Of a DNA stretch of 64,000 nt, positions 22,796 through 35,768 are shown piece by piece. A program made the position numbers and the translations under genes. Origin of the DNA: Squalus acanthias. Lineage: Eukaryota. Location: contig JASTWF010000034.1 of NCBI GenBank assembly GCA_030390025.1, positions 1,302,001 through 1,366,000 on the forward strand. Reading direction: 5' to 3'. The first letter of the stretch is position 1. The number at the start of each line of letters is the position of its first letter. The notes beneath the pieces are model-generated. The model ran no database searches. It saw only the letters and a list, made by a program, of their open reading frames with translations, and had not been told where the DNA came from.

Positions 22796-23297
22796 AGCAA
22801 GGCAAATAAAGGTACAGACACAATTTAAAGTGAAACAGTGCTCTTTTATTGCAGCATTACAGACTTCTGAGGTTCATTGTTGCTTTACATAGTTTATAAC
22901 TTTTCAATGTTAACTAGCTACTTTTCAACTTTGTAAACAATCGTAAACAGAAATAGGTTTTTCAAAAATTTGTTAACAGTTCTCAGTAACTTTTTTGCTT
23001 CGTTAATGCAGTAAAGACATTCAAGATGGGAAATAACTCTTTCCTATATGTAAACAAGTTTAAATGTTCAATTTTTTTGTGAAAATAAACAATTTGAATT
23101 TTTATAAAGTGACTAAAGGCTGTACTTTTTCAATGAAAAGCTAACTTTCAGTTTCAGTGTCAAATATATATATAAATAAAGAAAAATGTAAACATGTAAG
23201 TTTTAAATAAAACTAAAAAGTAAACACTTGAGAAATTTAACCACAAATAAACTATTCCTGAGGGTCAATGGATGTGCATTGTGGAACATGCAACACC

Positions 23298-24848
23298 CTA
23301 ACGTCTCTTGCGCTTTCTTGATTGCAGCATCGTTGGTGGCTCTTGGACCTGCACTGATTCTGCGCTGGGAGCAGGTAAGGTTGGTTCTGATGGAGTCACA
23401 GTAATTGCAGCAGAAATTATTCGCATGAGTCCTTCAAGAGACTCATTTATTTTACTAAGCTGCACTCCCACCAGTCCTTCAAGAGACTCATTTAATTTAC
23501 TAAGCTGCACTCCCACATCGGGTTTCTGCAACATTCCTTCAAGAAAATCATTTATTTTACTAAGCTGCACTCCCACATCGGGTTTCTGCAACATTCCTTC
23601 AAGAGACTCATTTATTTTACTAAGCTGCACTCCCACATCGGGTTTCTGCAACATTCCTTCAAGAGACTCATTTATATTCTTAAGCTCCATTCCCAGATTT
23701 CCCAATCCCTGCTTGACCAAGGTAAGACAATCAACTTCTTTCTCTGAAATAGAAGAGATCGATTGAGTCAAGCCTACAAGTTGGTGGATGTCACCATGCA
23801 TCACCTGTTCTGCTGCATATATATCTGTGTCTCCCACAGGCACTGTAGTATCAAGCTGCTGTCTGTTTGGCACAGAGCCAGATGGGCCAGGAGTTGGAGA
23901 GGAAGATTGAGAGGACCTCTCCTGCAACCCAGATTCCAGAGCCTCCATGTTTAATTCAGCAAAAACTTCCTCCTGCTGCTCCTCCACCAACACCTCACTC
24001 GCATCTCCCACTGGCTCAACATGCCCTTCACTAATGACCTCTTCGGCTGCAGACTCAACGCACTGCTCATCCCGTGACTGAGAAGTATGCTCTAAACCTA
24101 TGTAAAGGAAACAGTAAAGATTAGCAAAGGTAAAGCATGATGTGCCACATCACAGAAGCTATTCAGCACACATCACCTTTGTCGAATCGTTCATTTCCAA
24201 AGGGACATCCGCTAAGATATCCAAAGATATGCTCGAGCCTTTCCTCATGTTCGGTTAAAGCCCTTAACATGACAACACCACCGCCTGTCAGTGAACGTTC
24301 TCTGGCGTTGTGAGCAGTTTTACTCTAAAATTGAAAATGAAAATCTGAAATGTAAGGGTTTTTACACCAGAACTGCATTGGCACTCACACAGTTAACTCA
24401 GTAAGCAACTCAAAGCATTTCAATCAAGATGACATTAGCATTTTATGAGACTTGCCTGGCTACAAAAGCCACAAAAATTTATGGTAGCATCTTGTGACTT
24501 CAGTTAACTCAGCTTAGCAAACAAACACTTTTTCAAGGCTTTTCATTTTAAATGTAAAGACATTTTAACATTGACTTTTGTTATAACTATACAAACCTTC
24601 AGCGTTCGATATAAATCGCTGAATTTTTTGCGACATTGCTCAGCTGTACGTGGAATGGTCGAGGTTGCGCTCACACTTTGAGCAACCTCTTTCCACGCTG
24701 CCATTTAGCCTTTTCGCGGCGGCTTGGACTTCTGAGTTCCAATTATCCGTGAACGTTTCGATTCTACCTCGTCAAGAAGTGTACGGAGATCATCATCACT
24801 GAAATTCTGTGTTCTTTTGATAAATTGGATAGTGCTGATAGCAGCCAT
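23298..24848 (-). CDS. Harbinger Myb/SANT-like DNA-binding partner; exons 24848-24597, 24324-24177, 24097-23298; one premature TAA at 24707-24705
   Basis: Exon 1 MAAISTIQFIKRTQNFSDDDLRTLLDEVE...G*MAAWKEVAQSVSATSTIPRTAEQCRKKFSDL; exon 2 SKTAHNARERSLTGGG; GT-AG introns keep frame into ORF 23298-24011; C-terminal SRKRKRR. Confidence 0.85.
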
Positions 24849-25322
24849 TTTCGTTTGCTGATTATAAACAGTTAAATCTCTGAAAAAAATGATTTCTGTA
24901 CTTTTAAAAGTACTTAAATTACTTTAAATCTCTTTGCAAATGTTTAACATTACTCAAATTATACTAAAAATCTTTAAAAGTTTACAAAACCATGCATTTA
25001 AAACCTACTTACTGCAAATTCCACCTGAAACAGTGAGAAAACTGTGTCTCCAGCAGCTTTACAATGGCTTCAGTGGAGAAAAAAATCGGGGGCGTGGCCT
25101 ATGGAAAAGAGACCTTAATGGGCGTGTCTTCACTCCACATCGCACGCGATGCAACGCGCACGCTGCGCTGCAGGGCAGTGTGACGTCATACGCTGCCCTG
25201 CACTCAATCAGCCAGAAGATGAATTTTCAACGTGGAAAAGAGGAAACGGCAGACGCGGTATGTATTACCGCGCCTGCTCCTTACACCCGCGGGAACGGAG
25301 CCAGATGAATTTCTGGCCCAAT

Positions 25323-26310
25323 ATCCGTTAACATCAATTTGCACAGTCAATTCATCCACCTTATTACGGATAATCCTTGCATTAAGACACAGAGCCTTTA
25401 GGCTTGTTTTATTAACACACTTTGTCCTTTTAGACTTATGATTTAATATGGCCGTTTGTGTTTCTTGCCTTTATTTACTCGGATTTCCCTTATTGTTTCT
25501 CACCCTTCTCACATTTGTTTCTGACTGCATATTACTTCCCCCTGTTTCGCTACATAGGTTCCCATTCCCCTGCCATATTAGTCTAAATCCTCCCGAACTG
25601 CCTTAGCAAATATTACCCCGAGGACATCGGTTCCAGTCCTGCCCAAGTGCAGACCGTCCCTTTTGTACAGGTCCCACTTCCCCCAGAACTGGTTCCAATG
25701 CCTCAGGTATTTGAATCCCTCCCTCCTGCTCCACTGCTCAAGCCACGTATTTAATCTCGCTATCCTGTTCATGCTACTCTGATTAGCATGTGGCACTGGT
25801 AGCAACCCACAGATTACTACCTTTGAGGTCCTACTTTTCAATTTAGCTCCTAGCTCCCTAAATTCTGCTTGTATGACCTCTTCCCGCTTTTTACCTATAT
25901 CGTTGGTACCTACATGCACCACGACAGCTGGCTCTTCACCCTCCCTTTCAAGAATGTTCTGCAGCCGCTCCGAGACATCCTTGACCCTTGCAGCAGGGAG
26001 GCAACATACCATCCTGGAATCTCGGTTGCGGCCACAGAAACTCCTGTCTATTCCCCTTACAATTGAGTCCCCTATCACTATAGCTCTACCACTCTTTTTC
26101 CCGCCCTGCTGTGCAGCAGAGCCAGCCATGGTGCCATGAACCTGACTGCTGGTGCCTTCCCCTGGTAGGTCATTTCCCACAACAGTATCCAAAACGGTAT
26201 ATCTGTTTTGGAGGGAGACGACCGCAGGGGACTCCTGCACTACTTTCCTGATATTGCCCTGCCTCTTGGTCACCCATTTACTCTCTGACCAAGTCTTTAC
26301 CTGCGGTGTG
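25323..26310 (-). mobile_element. CR1 fragment: SGNH-esterase ORF1 (25578-~26300) + start of APE
   Basis: IVIGDSIVRG, VVHVGTND, DGLHL; VDELTVQIDVNGY at 25325-25360. Confidence 0.88.
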
Positions 26311-26582
26311 ACACAGGCTCCTGCGCCTGCTTTCAGTAACCGTAACATTTTCGGACATAATTGCTGGGCAGTTGGTGGGCAATTAGCCCAAATCTATAAA
26401 ATATTTAGTATTTCGCCGTCGGTGCGGATCATCTGTCAAGGCGAACCTTGACAGATCGCTGGTTCGGGATTTAGCGCATACACAAGCACATGCGAAAATC
26501 ACGAACTTGCGGTAAATTTCAAAGGTGGTATGACGGATGCTCTCTGAGTAGGTCGTCATGCCCACTGCAAAATCTGCCCCAT

Positions 26583-27080
26583 TAGCTTTAGAGGGTGTGC
26601 AGCGCAGATTCACCATAATGATACCGAGGATACAAGGGTTAAACTATGTTGAGAGGTTCTATACTCCTGGCTTGCATTTCCTCGAGTACAGAAGGTTAAG
26701 GGGTGATCTAATTCAGGTGTTTAAGATGATTACAGCATTTAATCTGGTAGAAAGAGAGAAAGTATTCCGTCTGGTGGTAGAGTACAGAACAAGGGCCCAT
26801 AACATTAAAATTAGTGCTAGGCCCTTTAAGGGTGATGTCAGGAAACTCTTCTGTACACAAAGAGTAGTGGAAACCTCGAACGTCACCCAACAGTCGGTTG
26901 GGAATAGGGCAATTGAGTATTTCCAAACAGAGATTGATAGATTTTTATTAAGCAAGGGTATTAAGAGTTACAAAATCAAGGCATATAGATGGAGTTCGGA
27001 TATCGATCAGCAATGATCGAATTGAATGGCGAAACAGGCTCATGGAGCTGAATGGCCGAGTTCTGTTCCTATGTTCCTGT
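26583..27080 (+). mobile_element. CR1 3' fragment
   Basis: ALEGVQRRFT, RRLRGDLIQVFK, tail TTCCTATGTTCCT. Confidence 0.8.
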
Positions 27081-28804
27081 ATCCTTAATCTTAGAAGTTC
27101 CTTAGATGTCCAAAAGGTGCATTTGCGCCATCTTTCGGTGAGCAATGGCCTCTCTAAAGCAGATGACTAACATTAATTCCTTTTCTATTTTGGTAGAGCA
27201 TAAATTCATAGCCTGATACAATCTCGCAAAACTGTAATAGGCCATTCCACCCGTCCTGACTGTGAAGGCTCTTTGAAAGTGTTGTACAATTGAATCCCAC
27301 AGCCCAGCTTTTACTGTAAAGCTGAAAATTAGCATCCTTCAAGTACATGCCCAATTGTTTGTTCTTATTGAATATTTTTTCACTATCTTTTCAGATAGTG
27401 CTTTTCCAATTCTAAAAATCATCTGTGTGAAAAAAATTCTACTCCGGTCCCGGTCCCTTTTACTTCTTGTCCCAATTATTTTAAATCACTGACCTCTGGT
27501 TAAGGCACCTCGAGCCTGTTCCGCCATTTAATGAGATCATGGCTGTTCATCCAAATTCAGTACCCTGTCCCTGCTTTCTCCCCATATCCCTTGGTCTCTT
27601 TAGCCTTAAGAAATGTATCTATCTCCTTCTTGAATATATTTAATGAATTGGCCTCAACTGCCTTCTGTGGTAGTGAATTCCACAGGTTCACCACTCTCTG
27701 GGTGAAGAAATGCATCCTCATCTCAGTCCTAAATGGCTTACCCATTATCCGTAGATTGTGACCCCTTGTTCTGGACTCCCCCGCCATCGGGAACATCCTT
27801 CCTTCATCTAGACTTTCTAGTCCTGTTAGAATTTTATAAGTTTCAATGAGATACCCTCTCATTCTTCTAAAGTCCAGCGAATATAAGCCCAATCGACCCA
27901 ATCTCTCTTCATACGTGATTCCTGCCATCCCAGGTATCAGTCTGGTAAATGTTCGCTGCACTCCCTCCATGGCAATAACCTCCTTCCTCAGATAAGGCGA
28001 ACAAAACTGCACACAATACTCAAGGTGTGGTCTCACCAAGGCCTTATACAACTGCAGCAAGACATCCTTGCTCCTTTACTCGTACCCTCTCGCTATGAAG
28101 ACCAACATAACATTTGACTTCTTAACCGACTGCTGCACATGCATGCTTACCTTCAGCGACTGGTGTACAAGGACTCCCAGGTCTCGTTGCACTTCCCCTT
28201 TTTCCAATCTATTCCCGTTCAGATAATAATCTGCCTTCCTGTTATTGCCACCTAAGTGGATAACCTCGCATTTATCCACATTATACTGCATCTGCCATGC
28301 ATCTGCCCAATCACCTAACCTGTCCAAATCATACTGGAGTTTCTCTGCATCATCCTCACAGCACACACGCCCACCAAGCTTTGTGTCGTCTGCAAACTTA
28401 GAGATATAACATCTATTACCCTCGTCTAGATCATTACTATATATTGTGAATAGCTGAGGTCCTAGCACCGATCCCTGTGGTACCCCACTAATAACTACCT
28501 GCCACTCGGAAAAATACCCGTTTATTCCAACGTTTTGCTTCCTGTCTGCCAACCAGTTCTCTATCCAAATCAGTACCTCACCCCCAATCCCATGTGCATT
28601 AACTTTGCACGCTAATCTCTTATGCGGGACCTTATCGAAAGCCTTCTGAAAGTCCAAATACACCACATCCACTCTTTCTTCCTTATCTATTCTACCAGTT
28701 ACATCCTTAAAAAATTCCAGTAGATTAGTCAAGCATGATGTCCCCTTTGTAAATCCATGTTGACTTTGTCACTGTTTTCCAAGTGCTCTGCTATTACATA
28801 TTTT

Positions 28805-29514
28805 GAGAAGTCGCACAACACCAGGTTCTCGTCCAACAGTTTTATTTGAAACCACAAGCTTTCGGAGCTGCTGAAGTGTTCCCCGACTGGGAGGTTACCT
28901 TCAGCAGTCAAGGACATTCAGCCTCGGATCTGCGGGTAAGCGTTCTCCAAGGCGTCCTTCGAGACATACGACAACGCAAAATCATCGAGCAGAAACTGAT
29001 AGCCAAGCTCCGCACCCATGAGGACGGCCTCAACCGTGATCTTCGGTTCATGTCACGCTACATGACGTAGAGCCATCCAGACTCGAGTAGTCGTTGGCTT
29101 GTTCGCAGATGTGATTTCCAGTAAAAAAAAGTAAAGCGTTTAAAGTTTATGGTTTTCCATACAGACTGCAGCATTTGACACATTAGACCCCCTGTGACCC
29201 CACCTCATTGTCTTAGTTGTATTCTCCTATGTCTTTGATATAATGCCTTCCTGACTGACTTGATTGTCTCTCTGCCGAGGTGTGATAAAAGGCAGTCAGA
29301 AAGATTAACTGTAGTCGTGTGACATTGTACGCTGCACAGGCATTGTTCTCTGTCTATATATGCTTTGCCGATTCGTATTCATTCACTTCACCTGACGAAG
29401 GAGCTGCAGTTCTGAAAGCTTGTGATTTCAAATAAAACTGTTGGACTATAACCTGGTGTTGTGCGACTTCCCACTTTTGTCCACCACAGTCCAACACCGT
29501 TATCTCCGCATCAT
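28805..29514 (+). mobile_element. Short PLE insertion (GIY-YIG C-terminus + pLTR) with an inverted 5' segment
   Basis: FSSQGHSASDLRVSVLQG...GLNRDLRFMSRYMT; pLTR ends ...CTCCGCATCAT; 28805-28897 is inverted pLTR/ORF sequence; TSD ATTACAT(A/C)TTTT at 28793-28804 and 29513-29524. Confidence 0.88.
29388..29425 (+). ncRNA. Minimal hammerhead ribozyme motif in PLE pLTR
   Basis: TCAC-CTGACGA-A-GGAGC TGCA GTTCT-GAAA-GCTT-GTGA. Confidence 0.7.
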
Positions 29515-32500
29515 TACATCTTTTATAATGGACTCTAGCATTTTGCCCACTATCGATGTCAGGCTTACCGATATATATATCCCCGTTTTTTCTCTACCAC
29601 CTTTATGACATAGTGGAGTTACATTAGCTACCCACCAATCCATGAGAACTTTTCCAGGGTCTATAGAATTTTGAAGGATGATCAGCAATGCATCTACTAT
29701 TTCGGGGGCCACTTCCTTAAGTACCCTTGGATGTAGATTATCAGGCCCTGGAGATTTATCGGCCTTCAATCCCATCAATTTCCCGTACACCATTTCCCTA
29801 CAAATAGTGATTTAATTCAATTCCTCCCTCTCATTAGACCCTATGTTCCCCGACATATCTGGGAGTTTAATTGTGTCCTCCTTTGTGAAGACAGAACCAA
29901 AGTATGTATTTAATTCGTCAGCCATTTCTTTGTTCCCCATTATAAATTCCCATGATTCTGACTGCAAGGGACCTACACTTGACTTCACCAATCTTGTTCT
30001 CTTCACATATCTAAGAAGCTTTTACTCTCAGTTTTTATGTTCCCTGCAAGCTTACTCTCATACTCTATTTTCCCCCTCTTAATTAACCCCTTTGTCCTCA
30101 TTTGCTGAATCCTAAACTGATCCCAATCCTCAGGTTTGCTGCTTTTTCTGGCCAATTTTTATGTCCTCTGGTTCGATCTTATGCTATCCCTAATTTCCTT
30201 TGTTAGCCACGTCTGAGTCACCTTTTTTGTTTTATTTTTATGTCAAAAAGGGATGAACAAATTCTGTAGTTCATCCATGCGATCTTTAAATGTTTGCCAT
30301 TGCCTATCCACCGTCAACCCTTTAAGTAACGCTCCCCAATCCACCCTAGCCAACTCGCGCCTCATACCATCGTAGTTTCCATTATCTAAATTCAGGACCC
30401 TAGTCTCTGAGTCAACTACTTCACTCTCCATCTTAATGAAGAATTCTATCATATTATAACCGCTAATCCCCAAGGGGCCTCGCACAAAAAGATTGCTAAT
30501 TAATCCTTTCTCATTACATAATACCCAGTCTACGATGACCTGATCTCTAGTTGGTTCCTCTACATATTTTTCCAGGAAACCATCCCGTATACACTCTAGG
30601 AAATACCTCCTCCACAGTATTGTTACTAATTTGGTTAGCCCAATCTATATGTAGATTAAAGTCACCCATGATAACTGCTGTGCCCTTATTGCACGTGTCT
30701 CTAATTTCCCGTTTAATGCCTTCCCCAACCTCAGCATTACTGTTGGGGTGTCTGTATACAACTCCCACTAACGTTTTCTGCCCCTTGTTATTTCTCAGCT
30801 CTACCCATACAGATTCCACATCATCAGAGCTAATATCCTTCTTACTATTGTGCTGATCTCCTCTTTAACCAGCAATGCTACCCCACCTCCTTTTCCTTTT
30901 TTTCTGTCCTTCCTGAATATTGAATACCCCTGGATGTTGAATTCCCATCCTTGGTCACCCTGGAGCCATGTCTCCGTACTCCCAATTATATAATATCCGT
31001 TTACATCTATTTGTGCAAGGGATATGGGGAGAAATCAGGGACATGGTAGTGAATTTTGATGATCAGCCATGATCACATTAAATGGCGTAGCAGGCTCGAG
31101 GGGCCGAATGGCCTACTCCTGCTCCTATCTTCTATGTTTCTATTTAATTCATCCACCTTATTACGAATGCTCCTCGCATTAAGACACAAAGCCTTCAAGC
31201 TTGTTTTTTTACCACTCTTAGTCCTTTTAGAATTATTATTTACTGTAGCCCTGTGTGATTTACACGCTTGATTTCTCTGCCTTCCACTTTTGCTTTCCTC
31301 CTTCCTGTCTTTTGCCTTATCCTTGCTTCCCTTTCCTCTGTTTCACGACACAGGTTCCCAACCCCTGCCAGTTTTGTTTAAATCCTCACCAACAGCCCTA
31401 GCAAACACTCCCCCTAGTGGATCGGTCCCGGTCCTGCTCTGGTGCAAACCGTCCAATTTGTACTGGTCCCACCTCCCCCAGAACCGGTTCCAATGTCCCA
31501 GGAATTTGTATGCCTCCCCCTTGCACCATTCCTCCAGCACGTGGCACCGGTAGCAATCCTGAGATTACTACCTTTGAGGTCCTATTTTTTAATTTACCTC
31601 CAAGCTCCCTATATTCAGCTTTTAGTACCTCATCCCGTGTTTTACCTATATCGTTGGTACCTATATGCACCACGACAACTGGCTGTTCACCCTCCCCCTC
31701 CAGAATGCCCTGCTGCCGCTCCGAGACATCTTTGACCCTTGCACCAGGGAGGCAACATACCATCCTGGAGTCTCGTTTTCGGCTGCAGAAACGCCTATCT
31801 ATTCCCCTTACAATAGAATCCCCTATCACTATAGCTCTCCCGCACGCTTTCCTCCCTCTTGTGCAGCAGAACCAAACATGCTGCCAACAAGTTGGTTGCT
31901 GCTGCCTTCCCCCGATAAGCCATCTCCCACAACAATATCCAAAGTGGTATATCTGTTTGAGAGTGGGATGTCCACAGGGGACCGCTGCACTACCTGCCTG
32001 CGCCTACTACTCTGCCTGGTGGTCCCCCATTCCTTTCTTGCCTGTGCAGCCTTTACCTGCGTTGTGACCAACTCCCTAAACGTGCTATCCACGATGTCCT
32101 CAGCATCGCGAATGCTCCAGTATGCATCCATTCGCAGCTCTAGCACCGCAATGCGGTCTGCCAGGAGCTGCAGCTGGATACATTTCTCGCACACATGGTC
32201 AACAGGGACACAGAAATATTCCCTATTTCCAACATAGCGCAGGAGGAGCATGCCATGGGGCTGAGCTGTGCTGCCATGACTTTTCTTTTAATTAATTTAA
32301 ATTAACTCAAATCAATACCACAAATTACATTGCAATTAAATGATATACCCAAGAGCTCTTGTATACTAGCACTCCCTGCTACACAACAGAGACCTTAGAA
32401 ATTATAACCACACACATTAGGACCTACTAAACGTTATAAACTATTAAACTTAACTGTCAAACTGCGGAGTAGTATAAATACTCACCTGGCCGTACTCACC

Positions 32501-34429
32501 CAATCAGCTGCTTCCTCCTGTCCACGTCACTTTTTGAATTGTGACGCGGCTCTGGAACGCCGCCGGCGGTCTGTGCGATTGGTTAGCCTCTGAAAAAAGG
32601 CCCGCGAAAGTGAGTTTAACTACTCACTGTGCTGCTGCTCTCTCCGCTCCCGACACTGATCTCTGCAAAAAAGCCCGCGAAAGTGAGTTGCTATGACGAG
32701 AAAGATTCCTCTGCTCGTAAACCCCTCTCAAAATATTACCAGTTAGATTATACTGTCTCTCAATGCCATTCCACACAAATTGCATTACTTCACATTTATC
32801 CGCCAAAAATTGCATCTGCCTTGTGTCTGCACATTTCACCAGTCTGTTTACGTCTCCTGATTACTGCTATTATCCTGCTCAGTATTTACGGCATTAACAA
32901 GTTTTGTATCATCCATAAAATTCGCAATTGTACTCCGTGTACCAAAGTCCATCTGGTGTATTTGTAAACAAATAAGCAATGGTCCGAATACCCTCCGCTG
33001 GCGGTGTCTACTGCATACTTCTCTCCAGTTTGAAATATATCCTTTTACCATTGCAATTTTGTATTGCGGTCCGAATCGCATTCCCTCGACAAAGTGAAGT
33101 GATAACGAATCGTGAAATAATTAGTTCGGAAATGAAATCATTGCATCGACCGGTCTGCTTCTTCACAGTAAATCAAAGATAATATTATAATACCCATTCC
33201 TTAGATTTAGTTCAGAAATATTTAAATCCCAGACAAGCAGACGCTGTCTGGAATGTTGCTCAGGGAAAATTAGCTGGAGTACCAGTCATCTCAGAAAAGT
33301 GTATTCTCACAGAGCACATTACTTTCAGACAATACGAGTTCGCACAACACTTTCAGCAGACAATGATTATTAGTGAGTTGCTATGTTGTGGACTGCACTT
33401 GCTGAAAGGGTGGTGAAAGCAGATTCAATAGTAAATTTCATAAGTAATTTGAATAAATACTTGAAGGCGGAAGATTTGCAGATTTATGGTGTACTACCAG
33501 CGGTTAGAGGGATTGATATGACGGCTATTTCAAAGAGCCGGCACGGGCAAGCTTGGTCGAATGGCCTCCTTTTGATCTCTATGATTCTATGAACAGATAT
33601 TCACAGCTGTAATGTTTCAATGGTTTTATTTTGAAACGCTCAGAGGGGTGCTAATTATATAGAATTACATTGAATTTATTACAAAGAAAGTGACAATTTG
33701 GCCCTGCTGGTCCACACCGGTGTTCATGCTACACATTGTACTTCCCTCCTACCGCCCTGCCCCGATGCGCCTCAATTATTTGCTCCCTCGTGTATACATT
33801 TAGCCTCGGCTTAGAGGCAACTATGTCACCTGCTTCAATCACTACACGGGGCAGCGAGTTCCACATTCTCAGCAATCCCTGTGTGAAGAAATTCCTCGCA
33901 AATTTCAGCTAAACCGACAACCTGCTTGCAGCAGCTCCCGAACCTACATGGGTGATGTTTCTCGTGCTAGGTAGATTGGTAGCTCAGAGAGCCAATCATC
34001 ATCACAGAGAGCTGAGTGACGGGGTTCAAAGGTCCATCTTCTGTCTCTTTCTCTCTCTCTCTCAGTCCCCCTTTACATTTATTTTAATTCCAGTCGCCTG
34101 TCCCATTTATCTGCACTGTCTCTCTCTCTCTTTCTCTCATTGCCCATTACCTCTAGTTTCCATACGATAACTTTCAACCCTCTGTCTCAATACAATTTCA
34201 CTCCCTTCCGCCCTCGCTCTCTTTTTAACTCCCTTATCCGGTCTCAACTGATTCCCCCTCGTTCCATTTCTCCATGATGCTCTCGCATTCCTTCTCTCTC
34301 TCTTTTTCTCTCCCACACCTACTTTTCATTCTTCTCTGGAGATCTGTCTTTCTCTCAAACCCTCTCTCGGACGTCTTTTGCTGCTCCCTTTAACACGGTA
34401 ATTTTCTTCCTCTGTCTGTCTGCCTGTCT

Positions 34430-34870
34430 GTGATGAATTACACATCTGGATGTGAGCAGCTCCAACTCAGGAAGCTTGACACCATTCAGGACAAAGCAGC
34501 CCGCTTGATTGGCACCTCATCCACCACCTCAAACATTCACTCGCTCCACCAGCTGCAGTGTGTACCATCTACAAGAGGCACTGCAGCAACTCACCAAGGC
34601 TTCTGCGGCAGCAGCACCCAAACCCGCGACCTCTACCACCTAGAAGGAAAAAGGCAGCAGGCGCATGGGAACACCATCCAAGTCAAACATCATCCTCACT
34701 TGGAACTATATCGCTGTTCCTTCCTCATCGCTTATCCAAATTATAGAACTCACTACATTGTTGTGCACTTTGATCGCACCGGACTCGCTGCGGTTCAATT
34801 AGAAGGCCATCGATCACCTTCTGAATGGGAAACTAGGGATGGACAGTAGTTGCCGGCCATCTCAGCGACT
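34430..34870 (+). mobile_element. Non-LTR retrotransposon 3' remnant (CR1 group); paralogous copy at ~36400-37090
   Basis: LDTIQDKAARLIG...CTIYKRHCSNSPRLLRQ. Confidence 0.65.
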
Positions 34871-35477
34871 ACCACAACGGTAATGATATCAATATTTGGG
34901 CTCCCACAAAAACAGCTCGATTATGTGAAATGTGTGACCGTCGCAGCCTCGCTGAGATTGGTTTCTAACTGCCTTCCTTTGGCAGAGGTTTAATACTTGC
35001 ACTGGTACCGGTCGCGGTGCGGGTATAGTGGAGACTTTCACCCTTTCTGATTGCATCTTCACCTGGGATAATTAGCAGCACTGGGCTTTTCAAAGCAATC
35101 ATTTCCTTGTTCCGCTCGTATCCCAAAGTAAAATCTTCGGCCTAAAACCGGACTTTGTATAGAGAACTCGAGCTGATTAAATTTCTTTGGCTCCGCCATT
35201 TGATTTGCTGCATTACATCAGCGACTACACTTCAAAAGTACGACATAGGCTGTGAAGCGCTTAAGGACATTCTGTGGTGGTGAAAGGCACTATAGAAATC
35301 CAAGACTTTATTTTTTTCTTTTCAATGAAATCACGAACTTCCCTTTTGTAGAATATCGGTATCCGATGTGAAACTGCGCTTTAACAAAGCACAATCAGCA
35401 TTGAGTTCCCAACTTGCACTGCACATGAAAATCCGCAGGTCCATTTCTAAATGTTATTTCTATTTATTTTACCACAG

Positions 35478-35768
35478 ATCCGCTAACGCCAGTGATTTTT
35501 CTTAATCAACCGACTGGGGTGTATGTAGTAGGAGAGACGGTCACCATTTCCTGCACTTTGACCGGAGATTATCGCGATAAAAAGTTCTACTTTTACAAAG
35601 ATAATCAATATCTGAAAACCGATCAAATTGTCCCAAAGAACAGCATTGGAACATTACGGGTTACCAGTACAGACCGAGGAGGGCGGTACCAGTGCGCGTA
35701 TAGAACCTCCGTTAATGGGTGGTGGTTAGTATCTCATCACAGCGATTCTGTGACGGTCACTGTAGCAG
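35478..35768 (+). CDS. Ig-domain exon 1 of a putative Ig-superfamily receptor
   Basis: TTTTACCACAG|..|GTAAGT, phase 1-1, 291 nt; GETVTISC...FYFYKD...GGRYQCAY...SDSVTVTV. Confidence 0.88.

Larger units (their letters stand above)
20737..25319 (+). mobile_element. PIF/Harbinger DNA transposon, full length, two convergent genes
   Basis: TIRs GGCCCAAAAATTCATC / reverse complement GGGCCAGAAATTCATC (14/16); flanking AAT at 20734-20736 and 25320-25322; DDE transposase and Myb/SANT gene inside. Confidence 0.9.
27505..32700 (-). mobile_element. Near full-length decayed CR1 LINE (5'UTR, esterase ORF1 from ATG 32277, APE, RT), host of a PLE and of a short CR1-tail insert (31018-31143)
   Basis: ORF pieces GDSIVRG/HIGTND, IMGDFN, KSPGPDNLHPRVLKE, YLDFQKAFDKVPH, KFADDTKLG, LVRPHLEYCVQF in colinear order. 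Confidence 0.9.

Noticed and set aside
22523..22892. Gly/Arg/Glu- or Pro-rich ORFs
   Set aside because: Translations of the (CCCCCT)n tract
34270..34405. Possible signal-peptide exon for the Ig receptor (LLLLPLT + GTAATT)
   Set aside because: No convincing in-frame ATG; embedded in CT-rich low-complexity sequence
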